Shown here piece by piece: positions 13,535-23,244 of a stretch of DNA of 25,519 nt; the stretch's first letter is position 1, and each line of letters opens with the position of its first letter. Location: IMG/VR virus record IMGVR_UViG_3300035526_000055, positions 1 to 25,519 of that record; one strand, written 5' to 3'. Under the pieces are notes generated by a model. That model made no database searches, was not told the DNA's origin, and saw only the letters and a list, made by a program, of their open reading frames with translations. A program made the translations under genes and the position numbers. This DNA comes from a virus (lineage: Duplodnaviria; Caudoviricetes).

Positions 13535-15955
13535 CTAAGAATTTTTCACAACTCTTACCACTTTAGTTGCTACCGCATTGGCCACATCATCGACAAACTC
13601 GTCATCACCAATGACGTTGCCTTCAATCGTCACATGCACTTCTGTCTTACTCTCGATATGTTGAGTCGCGGGCGATTTAACTTCAATCGTTTTATACTGC
13701 TCACTAAAATTAAATCCGGCTACAGTTTCTCTTTGTCTTTCACCGGTGTTCGTTTCGTCCTGTGAGTTCGAGTCAAATGGCACACCTATATCTTTCGTCG
13801 TGTTCGCCATACTGAGTTGCGCACTACTCATGCTTGGCATAACATCAGAAACCATATTTTTATATCGCTCACGATAGTCATAAGCCTTATAACCAATAAA
13901 GCCACCTAGGACATAAGAACCTCCTTTCAAGTCCTTATTGTTTGCACGGGTCAATTCACTGGTGTTTTTATTTGTGGCGTCTACCATTTGATTGACGGAA
14001 TCCTGCCAACTCGATGCTAATGCAGCATAATCTTCATAAAGTGAACTTTGCTTCTTCTGCACATCCTCTTCGGTATATCCCCTATTAGTTGGGTCTTCGA
14101 AGTAATCCTGCCATTCGCTGTATCGCTCATTCTGCTTTCTAAGTGCTGCCGCATCATTTAAATCACCTACCATGGACTCATGAATGTTGTGCTTTTTCAT
14201 TTCTGCCATGGTGCTTGAAATAGTTGACTTTACCTTATCCCAGTGCTTCCAAATCAAATATAACGATGCGGAAATAGCTGCAACAGCGAGCAAATACGGA
14301 TTAGCTGCAGCCATTATGTTAAAGCCTGACTGAGCTGTTGCCATGACTTTTATTGCATCTGTGAGCATCGATACTGCCCATATAGCTTCATCTGCAAATA
14401 TAACAATCTTTGTCGCCACAAATACTGAGGCAATAATTTCACCGATTCCAACAATGGAATCTTTGTTTTTTTGCCACCAATCGAATGTAGTTTTCAAACC
14501 ATTAATCGTATTCTTAACAAACGCATCAGTACGCCTAGCCATGCGGTCTATCGTTCCATCCTTCTGCCACCTCATAATGGTATCAATGACATTTTGAATT
14601 TCTTCTTTAAGCTGTGCGTATGTGGACCCCATACGGATTGTCCCATCTTCATTGATTCCGATGATTTTTGTCATGTTGAGCTTGAAGTTTCCTGTCAGCG
14701 TGGACCATAAACCTTTAAGTGTCGATGCCTGTTTCTCAGCACCACCTGCAAATCGCTTATCCATCATGTCTTGAAGGACTTCCATCGCTCTCACCTGATC
14801 TAACATCTGCCCTTTTGCATTAAATACAGTTTTTTCTCCATATCGCTTGGCAGACTCCATCATCAACTGATCTTTTCTTATGCCGAGCTCTTTCAACCTT
14901 TCCCATTCTCCGACTTGAGCATCGATAATTGCCTCAGCAACTTGAGTGGTAGACTTTCCTAAAGAACCGGCAGAGTTAATTACAGTATCAATCCACCGTT
15001 TGCTCGACATACCCATCATTTCTAAACGTGATGCAACATCAATCAAATCACCAGCTTCGTATGGTGTTGAATTCGCTTTCTGGACCATGTTTTGCATTAT
15101 CACCATGGCCTTACCGGTGTCCTTCACAGCCGTTTCTAGTTTTGCTCTATATCCTTCAAAATTGAAAGCTTCACTAAAACCAACTTTTGCAGAAAATGCA
15201 GTGAATGTAACAACAAGTGTAGCCAACAGTTTTGTTGAAGTAACTAATGTGCTTTTTAGACGGCTAGTCATCGTCTGAGTGAATGATCTAACCCTGTCTT
15301 GTGCAGCCTTCGTTGCCGTTTTCAACTTTTCGAGTTGACTTCTCTTTTCAATAATGCTTGTGTTCACTTCGCGCAGTCGCCGCTTGTATTCAGCTAATTC
15401 CTTGTTATATTGACCTTGTACCACTTTTGCATCATTCACAGGCTTCTTCATTGCAGCCTGTTCAATTCTAAGTTTATTAAGAGCCGCTTTTTCGCTATCT
15501 ATTTGCTTCTTAGATAACGATAGAGCTGTTCTATACTCTTTCAATTTCTGATTGTAATCGTCCTGACTTTGACCGGCTTCTCTAAGCGGTTTTACTAAGG
15601 ATTTCTGAGACTGCTCAAGCTGACCTATAGTCGCTTTATGCACATCAATCGATGATTTTACATCAGACATTTTCTTCTTGTAATCAACCAATGCTGCATT
15701 GTATTCGTTTTGGGCTTGTTTAGCTTTATTAATTGGCTTCACAATTTGACTTTTAACACGACTAAGCGTATTCAAATCGCTAGTAAGAGTTTTTATGGAG
15801 GCTCCAACAGACTGATTCATCTGGGATGCAATTTTCAAACCGTCCTGCATTTTTTTACGTGCTTTGTCTGTAGCATACATGCCTTGACGCGCTCGCTTAA
15901 GCGGTTCTGTCAACTGATCTATCAGTGTAAGGGTTGTACCTATGACTTTCCCCAT
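13535..15955 (-). CDS. Tape measure protein
   Basis: 806 aa, helical/coiled coil. Tape-measure domain ANSTPYE...AEAIIDAQVGEWERLKELGI...FAGGAEKQASTLKGLWSTL and hydrophobic ANPY...IWKHWDKVK segment. Confidence 0.92.
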   Translation of the reverse strand: MGKVIGTTLTLIDQLTEPLKRARQGMYATDKARKKMQDGLKIASQMNQSVGASIKTLTSDLNTLSRVKSQIVKPINKAKQAQNEYNAALVDYKKKMSDVKSSIDVHKATIGQLEQSQKSLVKPLREAGQSQDDYNQKLKEYRTALSLSKKQIDSEKAALNKLRIEQAAMKKPVNDAKVVQGQYNKELAEYKRRLREVNTSIIEKRSQLEKLKTATKAAQDRVRSFTQTMTSRLKSTLVTSTKLLATLVVTFTAFSAKVGFSEAFNFEGYRAKLETAVKDTGKAMVIMQNMVQKANSTPYEAGDLIDVASRLEMMGMSSKRWIDTVINSAGSLGKSTTQVAEAIIDAQVGEWERLKELGIRKDQLMMESAKRYGEKTVFNAKGQMLDQVRAMEVLQDMMDKRFAGGAEKQASTLKGLWSTLTGNFKLNMTKIIGINEDGTIRMGSTYAQLKEEIQNVIDTIMRWQKDGTIDRMARRTDAFVKNTINGLKTTFDWWQKNKDSIVGIGEIIASVFVATKIVIFADEAIWAVSMLTDAIKVMATAQSGFNIMAAANPYLLAVAAISASLYLIWKHWDKVKSTISSTMAEMKKHNIHESMVGDLNDAAALRKQNERYSEWQDYFEDPTNRGYTEEDVQKKQSSLYEDYAALASSWQDSVNQMVDATNKNTSELTRANNKDLKGGSYVLGGFIGYKAYDYRERYKNMVSDVMPSMSSAQLSMANTTKDIGVPFDSNSQDETNTGERQRETVAGFNFSEQYKTIEVKSPATQHIESKTEVHVTIEGNVIGDDEFVDDVANAVATKVVRVVKNS

Positions 15956-15981
15956 GCTCCACCTCCCATTAAGCGAGAAGG

Positions 15982-16167
15982 CTAATGCCCTCCCGCTCCA
16001 TGAATTGCCTTATTCTTTTCAAACTCATCTCTACGATGTTTTTCAACAGAGTGAATTGTAAATAACCGTTTAAGCAAATCTGCTTCTTCTAATTCGACCA
16101 GTGACCCGCCATGTGCGTGTACATGTGCTACTGCGTCCCAATATGGATCACTGTTTATGAGTTTTTT
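15982..16167 (-). other. Programmed -1 frameshift site and extension (GT-type chaperone)
   Basis: A AAA AAC at 16167-16161 in X XXY YYZ register. The -1 frame is open for 59 codons (LINSDPYWDAVAH...GAGGH*) and fills the gap to the tape measure RBS. Confidence 0.8.
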
Positions 16168-16550
16168 ACGATTTTGTCCAGGTCACCCATGCCATACTGA
16201 CCAAGAATTTTCTCACCCACTCGAATGATTTCGCCAACATTGTCATGAAAGAGCGCCTTTATAGCTAGGACAGGTGTAGCATGCCCTTTCTGAAACTCTT
16301 CATCTTGCAAAATTGGTACATGCTTTAGGATCAATTGACAAAAGAAATCTACATTCTTTTTTATTGTAAGATCGCCACTTGCGTCATCCATGAAGCCAAG
16401 TACTTTATCTACTTGCATTCTTCTACATGGCAAAGCAAGTCCCAAAAGATCTGATTCAACATCGAAAAGTTGCACCTTGTCATCACTACTTTGTCGCGCA
16501 CGCTCAACTGCTTGAGCAAGCGTAAGCTTTTTCATTTTCTCTTGTGACAT
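16155..16550 (-). CDS. Tail assembly chaperone (XkdN-like, lambda G analogue)
   Basis: Lies between tube and tape measure genes and ends ...IVKNS* on a slippery A AAA AAC. Confidence 0.8.
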   Translation of the reverse strand: MSQEKMKKLTLAQAVERARQSSDDKVQLFDVESDLLGLALPCRRMQVDKVLGFMDDASGDLTIKKNVDFFCQLILKHVPILQDEEFQKGHATPVLAIKALFHDNVGEIIRVGEKILGQYGMGDLDKIVKNS

Positions 16551-16558
16551 GTTTCCTC

Positions 16559-16981
16559 CTAACTGATACGATCAAGATACTCGATTCCTGAAAATACAAA
16601 CGAAAGATCTTCTTCTTCTGAACGATTTGCAGCATAACCGCCCGATAGTTTAGTGAATTTTACATTTTTGAGAAGCACACGCTCTGTTTGCTTCCTATCT
16701 GGCGTTGGAATCTTTGTAATAATTTTTGCTGGACGAATGACTGGTGGATCAGCAAAGTAATCTTCCATGAGTTCAAATCCCATTGATGTGGTCTTGTATT
16801 TCTTGATTTGACCCTTTCCAGACTTACTCATGTAATGGTGTTGTTCCCAGTCTTCTTCGCAAATATTCAGTGCATTGAATTTAATGTCGACTTCAAATTG
16901 AACTTCACTGATATCGTGCACTTGATCCGTTCCAATCCATGTTTCGCCATCCGTACCGCGAATAATATCATCAACTGACAT
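16559..16981 (-). CDS. Tail tube protein, XkdM-like
   Basis: IIRGTDGETWI...ERV.LKNVKF...EEDLSFVF pattern, 140 aa, follows the sheath gene. Confidence 0.85.
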   Translation of the reverse strand: MSVDDIIRGTDGETWIGTDQVHDISEVQFEVDIKFNALNICEEDWEQHHYMSKSGKGQIKKYKTTSMGFELMEDYFADPPVIRPAKIITKIPTPDRKQTERVLLKNVKFTKLSGGYAANRSEEEDLSFVFSGIEYLDRIS

Positions 16982-16994
16982 TTATGCATCCTTT

Positions 16995-18074
16995 CTACTG
17001 CATGTAAGATTTCACATAGAAATCTTCACCACAGTTTGGCACTTTGATATTTTGCATCAAGAACACTAGGGTTCCAACGCAATTCAACTTCACTGTTGCA
17101 TCATCCCAATCAACTGCATCAGCTTTTCCGATTGACAAGTTAGCAGCACGTTGTGCTTCAATGTCAATGTACGCTTTGTTCTTGAAACTTCTGTCTAAAA
17201 TTCCATCATTGGTAAGTGATGCTAGGTATCCATCAATTGCTGGGAGAAGTAGCGCCTGGTTGTCAGGCGTGTTTTTGAACGCACCTTTGTATTCATCGTC
17301 AATCGTTGTTGTCACATCGTTGTAAATCAAATCCAGCGTTTCAACGATTGTAATAAACTTGTGGTCATCCGTTTGACCATCACTTAGAGTCTGCAGCGAG
17401 TTCACACCGCGTCCCACTCTTACTTTTCCTTCGTCATTGTAGAGAATGAACCCACCATCATTAATGGCAGTATCACGGTCTGCAACTTCCTTTACAGAAT
17501 CATAACGTCCAATGTACCCATAGACCATAGACTTTGTCAGCGGTGTAACTGCTGCACGCGCTGCCAAATAATGTGTTTCAAGGTTCCCAGCCGTTGCTTC
17601 AGACTCACCAGCAAGCGTCACTTCGTCATTCATGAAATTCACAATGTGCATATCATCTGGCGCGACTGCCTGATGCACCACCGCTTTAACTGTTTTCATA
17701 CGCACTGTATTGTATGATTTGACCCATGTTACCAGTTCTTCTTGGTCCGCAGCGTCACCGCCAGCGATTGCCACCCAGTCGACCTTTATAGCCTCGAACA
17801 CAGTAAACGCATCTGTAATCGGAGCAGTTGTGTCCACCCGTGACACAATCAACTCACTCACACCACACGAAAGTACATCTTTGATATACTGAACGTTCTC
17901 AGCTGTAAAATTCGCTTCTACAATATCTGATGATGTCTTGATGCTTACTTTGTCAAAAGTTTGATCCGTATCGTCAACAATTACAATGCCAACTACCCCA
18001 CGACTTGATCTCGCAATAGCAGTAACGGCCTTTTTCTCAAAAGCTACTTCAATTACAGGCATTCCAATAGCCAT
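16995..18074 (-). CDS. Tail sheath protein, XkdK-like (contractile tail)
   Basis: MAIGMP.I.V.F...A.TAI.RS.RGVV, VRVGRGVNSL.T and FITIVETLDLI.ND motifs. Confidence 0.92.
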   Translation of the reverse strand: MAIGMPVIEVAFEKKAVTAIARSSRGVVGIVIVDDTDQTFDKVSIKTSSDIVEANFTAENVQYIKDVLSCGVSELIVSRVDTTAPITDAFTVFEAIKVDWVAIAGGDAADQEELVTWVKSYNTVRMKTVKAVVHQAVAPDDMHIVNFMNDEVTLAGESEATAGNLETHYLAARAAVTPLTKSMVYGYIGRYDSVKEVADRDTAINDGGFILYNDEGKVRVGRGVNSLQTLSDGQTDDHKFITIVETLDLIYNDVTTTIDDEYKGAFKNTPDNQALLLPAIDGYLASLTNDGILDRSFKNKAYIDIEAQRAANLSIGKADAVDWDDATVKLNCVGTLVFLMQNIKVPNCGEDFYVKSYMQ

Positions 18075-18092
18075 ATTGATGCCTCCTTCCTG

Positions 18093-18536
18093 TTACTTCA
18101 TATAAGTTTTAATAGTGATATCTTCCATGTAATTCGCATCATCCACTTGAGGTTCAATGCTCTCATATGTTTCAAATTCAATGTCACAGTGCAGTACCTT
18201 GTCAGTCACCCTGCATGAACAACCCTGATCTGTATGAATCAAATCATCACCGACTTGAATCTTCATGCCTTCGCTGAACTTACGTTCCAACTGATCCATG
18301 ATTTCAAATAGTTCAATGTCATTTTCAGTGCGGCTCATAGGAAAATAACTCAACCGCAGTGTAAACGTACGTTTTCTACGATTTAAGCAAATGACTGCAC
18401 TCTTAGGTGCAATGAATTCCATGAAAAAAGAAGGCCTGTCAAAGCCTTCTGTCACATCATTGCTGGTTACGTGAACACCTTCAAAACTTGATTGTAAAGT
18501 GCTCGTCATAGCAAGTACTATATCTTTGTATGTCAT
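18093..18536 (-). CDS. Tail terminator / completion protein
   Basis: DVTEGFDRPSFF...LSYFP motif. Immediately upstream of the sheath gene. Confidence 0.75.
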   Translation of the reverse strand: MTYKDIVLAMTSTLQSSFEGVHVTSNDVTEGFDRPSFFMEFIAPKSAVICLNRRKRTFTLRLSYFPMSRTENDIELFEIMDQLERKFSEGMKIQVGDDLIHTDQGCSCRVTDKVLHCDIEFETYESIEPQVDDANYMEDITIKTYMK

Positions 18537-18949
18537 TAATCCAACCCGCTTTTCCCGATTGCTTCAGCAACAAAGTCTTCTGCATTCTGATTGAATGTGT
18601 CTTTGTAGGCTTCGCTGGCATTCGCAATAACGTGTTTCCCTTTAACGAATCCGCGCTCTTTGCCATCTTTCCCAACAATGATATGGCCATCTTCAACCAA
18701 ATGCCCATGATTCGAGTCATTTATTGTTTTCGCGTAGGTTCGTTTGTTTTTAGTTTTGGCTCTTTCATATTTGAATCCATCAAAATAACTCCCGGTATGC
18801 TCTTCAACAACATTCTCAGCTTCTTTACGCGCTTCATCTCTTAACGCCCTAGCTTCGCTATTGAGGAACTTCTTTTGTGTTTTGTCATCTACATTTTCAA
18901 GCAACACCCCCAAATCATTCCCGAAATCTTCAAATGTATAAGCCATCAC
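18536..18949 (-). CDS. HK97 gp10-family neck/tail-completion protein
   Basis: TG.Y, HGHLVEDGH and GFVKGKHV motifs. Confidence 0.85.
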   Translation of the reverse strand: MMAYTFEDFGNDLGVLLENVDDKTQKKFLNSEARALRDEARKEAENVVEEHTGSYFDGFKYERAKTKNKRTYAKTINDSNHGHLVEDGHIIVGKDGKERGFVKGKHVIANASEAYKDTFNQNAEDFVAEAIGKSGLD

Positions 18950-19272
18950 TCAATCACCACTTTGCACTTAAACTCCCAAAATGAATTGTTTTTATAATCA
19001 GGTTGAAAATACTCAATTTCTAGTTTGAGGCCATCATGCATAAAGTACATGTTGCTCGTTGGTGAATCTATGCTCTTTTTTCTACATCTAATTTGATGAG
19101 ATAAAAAACCAATTGTCTTGCCATCTTCGCTTTCTACTGCATTTCCACCAATCACTTTCACTTCTGCCCAAATGGTCTTCAGAAATTCAAACGAGTTAGT
19201 ATCTTGACCAAGTTCATTTTTCTTTTGTACGGGACCAAAAACCTCAATTCGTTTATTCAATCTAAGTTTCAT
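18946..19272 (-). CDS. Head closure / head-tail adaptor (SPP1 gp16-like)
   Basis: LNKRIEV....KNELGQ......KTIWAEV motif. Start set at MKLRL behind GAGGTGG. Confidence 0.8.
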   Translation of the reverse strand: MKLRLNKRIEVFGPVQKKNELGQDTNSFEFLKTIWAEVKVIGGNAVESEDGKTIGFLSHQIRCRKKSIDSPTSNMYFMHDGLKLEIEYFQPDYKNNSFWEFKCKVVIE

Positions 19273-19561
19273 CGGCCACCTCATATACACCATATTTCAG
19301 CTGAGCGAATGTCATTTCTGCAATTTCGTTAATTTTCTCTTCATTACACGTTAGAGACCTATTATCATACATCTCTCGTGTAATCATTAAAGAGAGCAAG
19401 TCAAATTTAGACTTAAACCGTTCATTTGACTTGCTAACTTCATACTTTTCAATTCCAACTGCATCAATCACAACTGCGTCCGCAGCACTTTTACAGAGAG
19501 TGATAAATACGTCATCGTCAAAGTCAATCTGTAAAAAATCTTTAATTTGAGCAAGTTCCAC
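19262..19561 (-). CDS. Head-tail connector (HK97 gp6 / SPP1 gp15-like)
   Basis: LAQIKDFLQID.DDD.FI...MYDNR...QLKY pattern. Confidence 0.85.
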   Translation of the reverse strand: MELAQIKDFLQIDFDDDVFITLCKSAADAVVIDAVGIEKYEVSKSNERFKSKFDLLSLMITREMYDNRSLTCNEEKINEIAEMTFAQLKYGVYEVADET

Positions 19562-19584
19562 GCTTCATCACTCCTTAACTAAGA

Positions 19585-19812
19585 CTACTTCTTCCCTTCC
19601 GCTGCTCTTTCAACCGAATCTACCACAGCCTCATCCGCTATTTGTTCAGCCTCCGCCTTTTCCGATGCGCTCTTTCTTGCTACTTTCACTTTTTCAGCAT
19701 AGCCAAAATCAATAAGCTTCTTTGCGAGTTTATCCGGCAAGTCTCGCTCCTCGTCCTTTTTAAAATCTTTGTAACCAGGACCAGTGCACTCAATTTTCGC
19801 TTTAACGACCAT
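19585..19812 (-). CDS. Small conserved head-region protein
   Basis: Strong RBS (GGGAGGT). FKKDEERDLPDKLAKKLIDFGYAEKV resembles small post-capsid proteins. Confidence 0.65.
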   Translation of the reverse strand: MVVKAKIECTGPGYKDFKKDEERDLPDKLAKKLIDFGYAEKVKVARKSASEKAEAEQIADEAVVDSVERAAEGKK

Positions 19813-19835
19813 TACTTACCTCCCTTATTAGACAT

Positions 19836-19864
19836 AAAAAATAACGCCCATTAAGCGTCATTAT
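19836..19864 (-). terminator. Intrinsic terminator after the major capsid gene
   Basis: Minus strand AATGACGCTT-aat-GGGCGTTATT followed by TTTT (stem includes G-U pairs). Confidence 0.65.
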
Positions 19865-19881
19865 CCATTTTCGAATTCAAT

Positions 19882-21036
19882 TTACGAAATTGTAAGCTGC
19901 CCATATACAAATGCTTCATCGTCAAGAGTCTGCACATCTTCACGCTCAAGTGCCCTCATTAGCGTTAGGTCATTCTCAAATGCATCCTTGCCTTCAGTTG
20001 AAGTCTTAACCGTTACCACCTGACGATCAAACATTACGATGGCCATTTCAAGGTCACCAATGATCAGAGGCGCCTTCACCCCAACAGTTTCATCATTAGG
20101 AAGAATAGAATTGTCATAAACATGTACAATTTTCCCTCCAATCTGCTTCTTTGTTGGCTCTCCTACGACTGGCTGAAGAATATAGTTGCCATCTGTATCC
20201 TTCATCTTATCTAGCAAGTTAAATCCTGATTGATTCGTTACATAGCAGGCATGTTTAGCATTTTCAGTGTTTAGTGTTTCGTTGATAGCATCTTTGATGT
20301 CATCGTGATTCTCAATAGCAGTTTTTGCTTTATTGTTAAGCTCAGCGAGGATTAAAGAGTTTCGCAACTCACGGGAATCATTACCAATCCATTCGTTCAG
20401 CTCTGCAATCATATCTTGATCTGAATCCGAGTCAAGTTCATTTGTGATATCATAGATTGCACCATATTTCGTTACCGAATAAGTCAGTTCGCGATAAGTC
20501 GGAGTCGGCTTTGTTTCAATTGTAGAACCTTCGCCAATTGCAACGAAGTTCGTACCACCCGCTTTTCTGATGCGGATTGTTTTCTTTCCTTCGTTAGTAG
20601 TAACTTTCTTAACCGTGACTAAGTTCTGCAGTGCATCGCTTGCTTCTCTCAACTTGATGATAGATGTATCTTCATCAAATGGCACCGTCGCACCACCATC
20701 AGCAACAGTTCCCTCTTTCAACTGCGCTTTGATTTCCAGTTTCTCATCTTCAGTCAACGCTTCACGGCGAACATACTTTGCAAACACTTCATTATATCTG
20801 CTCTGAGCTTCAGGCTCTTCACCTACAGCTGGAACAATCGTCTTTGCTTCTTCTTCTTGAAGTCTCGCTTGCACTTGTGCTTCCTCTTCAACCTCTTCCT
20901 CTTCAGCGATGGCAAGTTGAGCTTTCAGCATCTCGATTTCACTTGTTTTCGCTTTTACCACTTCAACATCAGTGGATGCCATCGCTTCTTCGCGAAGTTT
21001 CTTAATCTTATTCTTGATTTCGACTGATTTTCTCAT
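19882..21036 (-). CDS. Major capsid protein, HK97 family
   Basis: N-terminal coiled-coil scaffold (delta) domain, DGGATVP, TNQSGFN.LD.MKD.DGNYILQP, IGDL and AFEND...RA.ER.D motifs. Confidence 0.95.
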   Translation of the reverse strand: MRKSVEIKNKIKKLREEAMASTDVEVVKAKTSEIEMLKAQLAIAEEEEVEEEAQVQARLQEEEAKTIVPAVGEEPEAQSRYNEVFAKYVRREALTEDEKLEIKAQLKEGTVADGGATVPFDEDTSIIKLREASDALQNLVTVKKVTTNEGKKTIRIRKAGGTNFVAIGEGSTIETKPTPTYRELTYSVTKYGAIYDITNELDSDSDQDMIAELNEWIGNDSRELRNSLILAELNNKAKTAIENHDDIKDAINETLNTENAKHACYVTNQSGFNLLDKMKDTDGNYILQPVVGEPTKKQIGGKIVHVYDNSILPNDETVGVKAPLIIGDLEMAIVMFDRQVVTVKTSTEGKDAFENDLTLMRALEREDVQTLDDEAFVYGQLTIS

Positions 21037-21053
21037 TCATTTTCCACCTTTCA

Positions 21054-21797
21054 TTACATACAAGTAAGTTCCATTTTCAACTTCAACAGCTCAATGTTTT
21101 CCTGAGTCCTACTTTCTGGCTCAAGCTGACTCGCTTTTTCAATGAGGTTCTTAATGCGGATCGGAACATTCTCATACCCTTTAAGAACTTCAATCTCCTC
21201 AAGTGATGCCTGGATGTTTTTGTCTTCATTCAAAATTTCAAAATTGAAGAAATCTGCCATTTCAGCAGCGTTAAACCAATGATCCTTTCCATCATCGAGT
21301 TTCTGTTTAAGTTCCTCAACAGTATGACCTTCTGCTATACAACTTTCATAAATTGGAATCATGACATCTTCTTCAAACTTTTCAAGCATACTGATGGTTT
21401 CTGCATGGCGAACTCTATTGCCATAAGAAGGTAGCATCGGCAAATGAACCATTAACAAGCTGCTTTTATAGCAATAGCGATTCGTAGAAACTAGCGGAAA
21501 TAATGACGCACAACTTGCACCAATACCATCTAGATATGCATTAATAGTTATCCCTCGCTCCATCGCTCTGATCATTACGGCAATAATACCTTGGGAAGCA
21601 GGCAAAGAACCACCCGGACTATTAATATACATATTGGCCATTCCAGTATCACTTAGATTGTCAAAGGCTTCTCTAAAGTCATTAAGTATGACATCGTCAT
21701 CATCCCATTTATCTGATCCTGAAACGATTACACCATACACCCAAATTTCTGCTAAATCCTCTGTTTGATTTTTCACTTCAATCATGGTTTTTTTCAT
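21054..21797 (-). CDS. Prohead maturation protease, ClpP/S14 type
   Basis: YINSPGG, DGIGASCAS (Ser), LMVHLP (His) and WFNAAE motifs. Lies between portal and capsid genes. Confidence 0.92.
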   Translation of the reverse strand: MKKTMIEVKNQTEDLAEIWVYGVIVSGSDKWDDDDVILNDFREAFDNLSDTGMANMYINSPGGSLPASQGIIAVMIRAMERGITINAYLDGIGASCASLFPLVSTNRYCYKSSLLMVHLPMLPSYGNRVRHAETISMLEKFEEDVMIPIYESCIAEGHTVEELKQKLDDGKDHWFNAAEMADFFNFEILNEDKNIQASLEEIEVLKGYENVPIRIKNLIEKASQLEPESRTQENIELLKLKMELTCM

Positions 21798-23020
21798 TCT
21801 GAATCACCTTCTTTACTCCACTGCTGTCCCGCCATTTTTGCAGGCATGTAATTGCCATTGCCAATTAACTCATCGCCCCCTTCTTTCCACTCCTTATCTT
21901 CCTCTTCTCTGACTTCGTTTGGTGTTAAAATCATATTATTGACCGCTTTTGAATACGTTTCAATCCGTTCTTTAAAATCGCCACGTAGCAATATCCGAAC
22001 GTCAAATTTGAATCTAACGCCATCGTACTTGTCTTTCTCGCTCAGAAGCTTCGAAGTCAATTCCTGTTCATAAACCGTCAATACAAACAACAATGACCCT
22101 TTGTACCACAATTGCTCTTGAACACCAGAATTTGCGAAATTTCCATTCTCAAAGTCATTTATCTGTTGAGGTGAAAGTCCAAATACGCCAGCGATTTGAG
22201 TTGAATTGTATTTATTCAATTCTAAAAACTGCGAATCAGTGAGTTTTGAGCTCAAATTTTCAACGTCCATCCCGATTGGTATAGGTAAATACTTCCCAGT
22301 ACTTTCGGCATTGAATGATTCCATTTGTTTAATCAATTCACGTTCAGCTTTTGGGTCCAGCTTTCCAGTATACTTAATTACGATGTTGTCCCCAACCATC
22401 CCGCTTTCTGAAAGTTTCTTGAGAAACTCATTGTTGTTCAAATTACGCTCGATATAACTTCCAATCATATCAATCGCTGGGACACCTACAATTCCAAGAC
22501 CACCTGATGAGTGCCAATTTTTGAAATGAAGAACATCATCACTGCGCAGCAACACTGGTTCGCTTTTTTGCGGCCTATACTGATACCAGACTCTGTATGA
22601 TGATCCAAGCAATCCTTTGTCATCCACATAAACTGTCACATCATTATCAGGCAGAATTCTAAAAGCTCTCACATCGCCCTTTGCATCTCTTTTCACATAA
22701 ACATAACAATTGCCCTTATGATTTCTGTTATATTCTACGTTCGCCCAAAAAATAGCAGCTGTTTGATACTCGTTTGGCTGAACCGTTAGAAGATAAACAA
22801 GGTTGTTTTCAATTTTCCGTTTCCCACCCTTTTCGCCTTTTTCGTATAACCATACTGGCAGCTTACCGATGGTTTCAGAAAGTATTTTCAGGCACTTGTA
22901 ATATGTGATTTCCTTCTCTTTACTGCTTATATCAGGCAGTAAAAGTGATAAAAATGATGATTCTGAGACAGTCAAGTTGCGAACTTCTCCCTTGAAACGG
23001 TCTTTAAGATAGCCCATCAT
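21794..23020 (-). CDS. Portal protein, HK97 family
   Basis: ILSETIGKLP, QPNEYQT, GN.Y, DVLHFK, DSQFLE, IAGVFG..P and LTPNEVRE.E......GGD.L motifs. Confidence 0.95.
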   Translation of the reverse strand: MMGYLKDRFKGEVRNLTVSESSFLSLLLPDISSKEKEITYYKCLKILSETIGKLPVWLYEKGEKGGKRKIENNLVYLLTVQPNEYQTAAIFWANVEYNRNHKGNCYVYVKRDAKGDVRAFRILPDNDVTVYVDDKGLLGSSYRVWYQYRPQKSEPVLLRSDDVLHFKNWHSSGGLGIVGVPAIDMIGSYIERNLNNNEFLKKLSESGMVGDNIVIKYTGKLDPKAERELIKQMESFNAESTGKYLPIPIGMDVENLSSKLTDSQFLELNKYNSTQIAGVFGLSPQQINDFENGNFANSGVQEQLWYKGSLLFVLTVYEQELTSKLLSEKDKYDGVRFKFDVRILLRGDFKERIETYSKAVNNMILTPNEVREEEDKEWKEGGDELIGNGNYMPAKMAGQQWSKEGDSE

Positions 23021-23244
23021 TTCACCTTTCTTTCAGGCAGTGCAAGCAAAACACTCGCAATTCCACACAAAACAAACCCTAAAACATAAAAACCAACCAC
23101 TTTATTTATCAAAAAACTTGCTTTTATGATAAAAATGAATCCAAAAACGAAAAAAAGCTCGCTTATATTTGAAATAAACCAACCTAAACTCCTCTTCATT
23201 CGATTCATAAGCTCAAATTTATGCTTATTCCGCTTTTTCTTCAC
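23017..23244 (-). CDS. Small two-TM membrane protein between terminase and portal
   Basis: GTG at 23244 behind AAGGAGGG. Two hydrophobic segments (LFFVFGFIFII and VVGFYVLGFVLCGIASVLL). Confidence 0.7.
   Translation of the reverse strand: MKKKRNKHKFELMNRMKRSLGWFISNISELFFVFGFIFIIKASFLINKVVGFYVLGFVLCGIASVLLALPERKVK

Noticed and set aside
9615-18536. Tail module as a tailocin (PBSX/diffocin-like bacteriocin)
   Set aside because: A full head and packaging module, integrase and attP are present, so this is a complete temperate phage.
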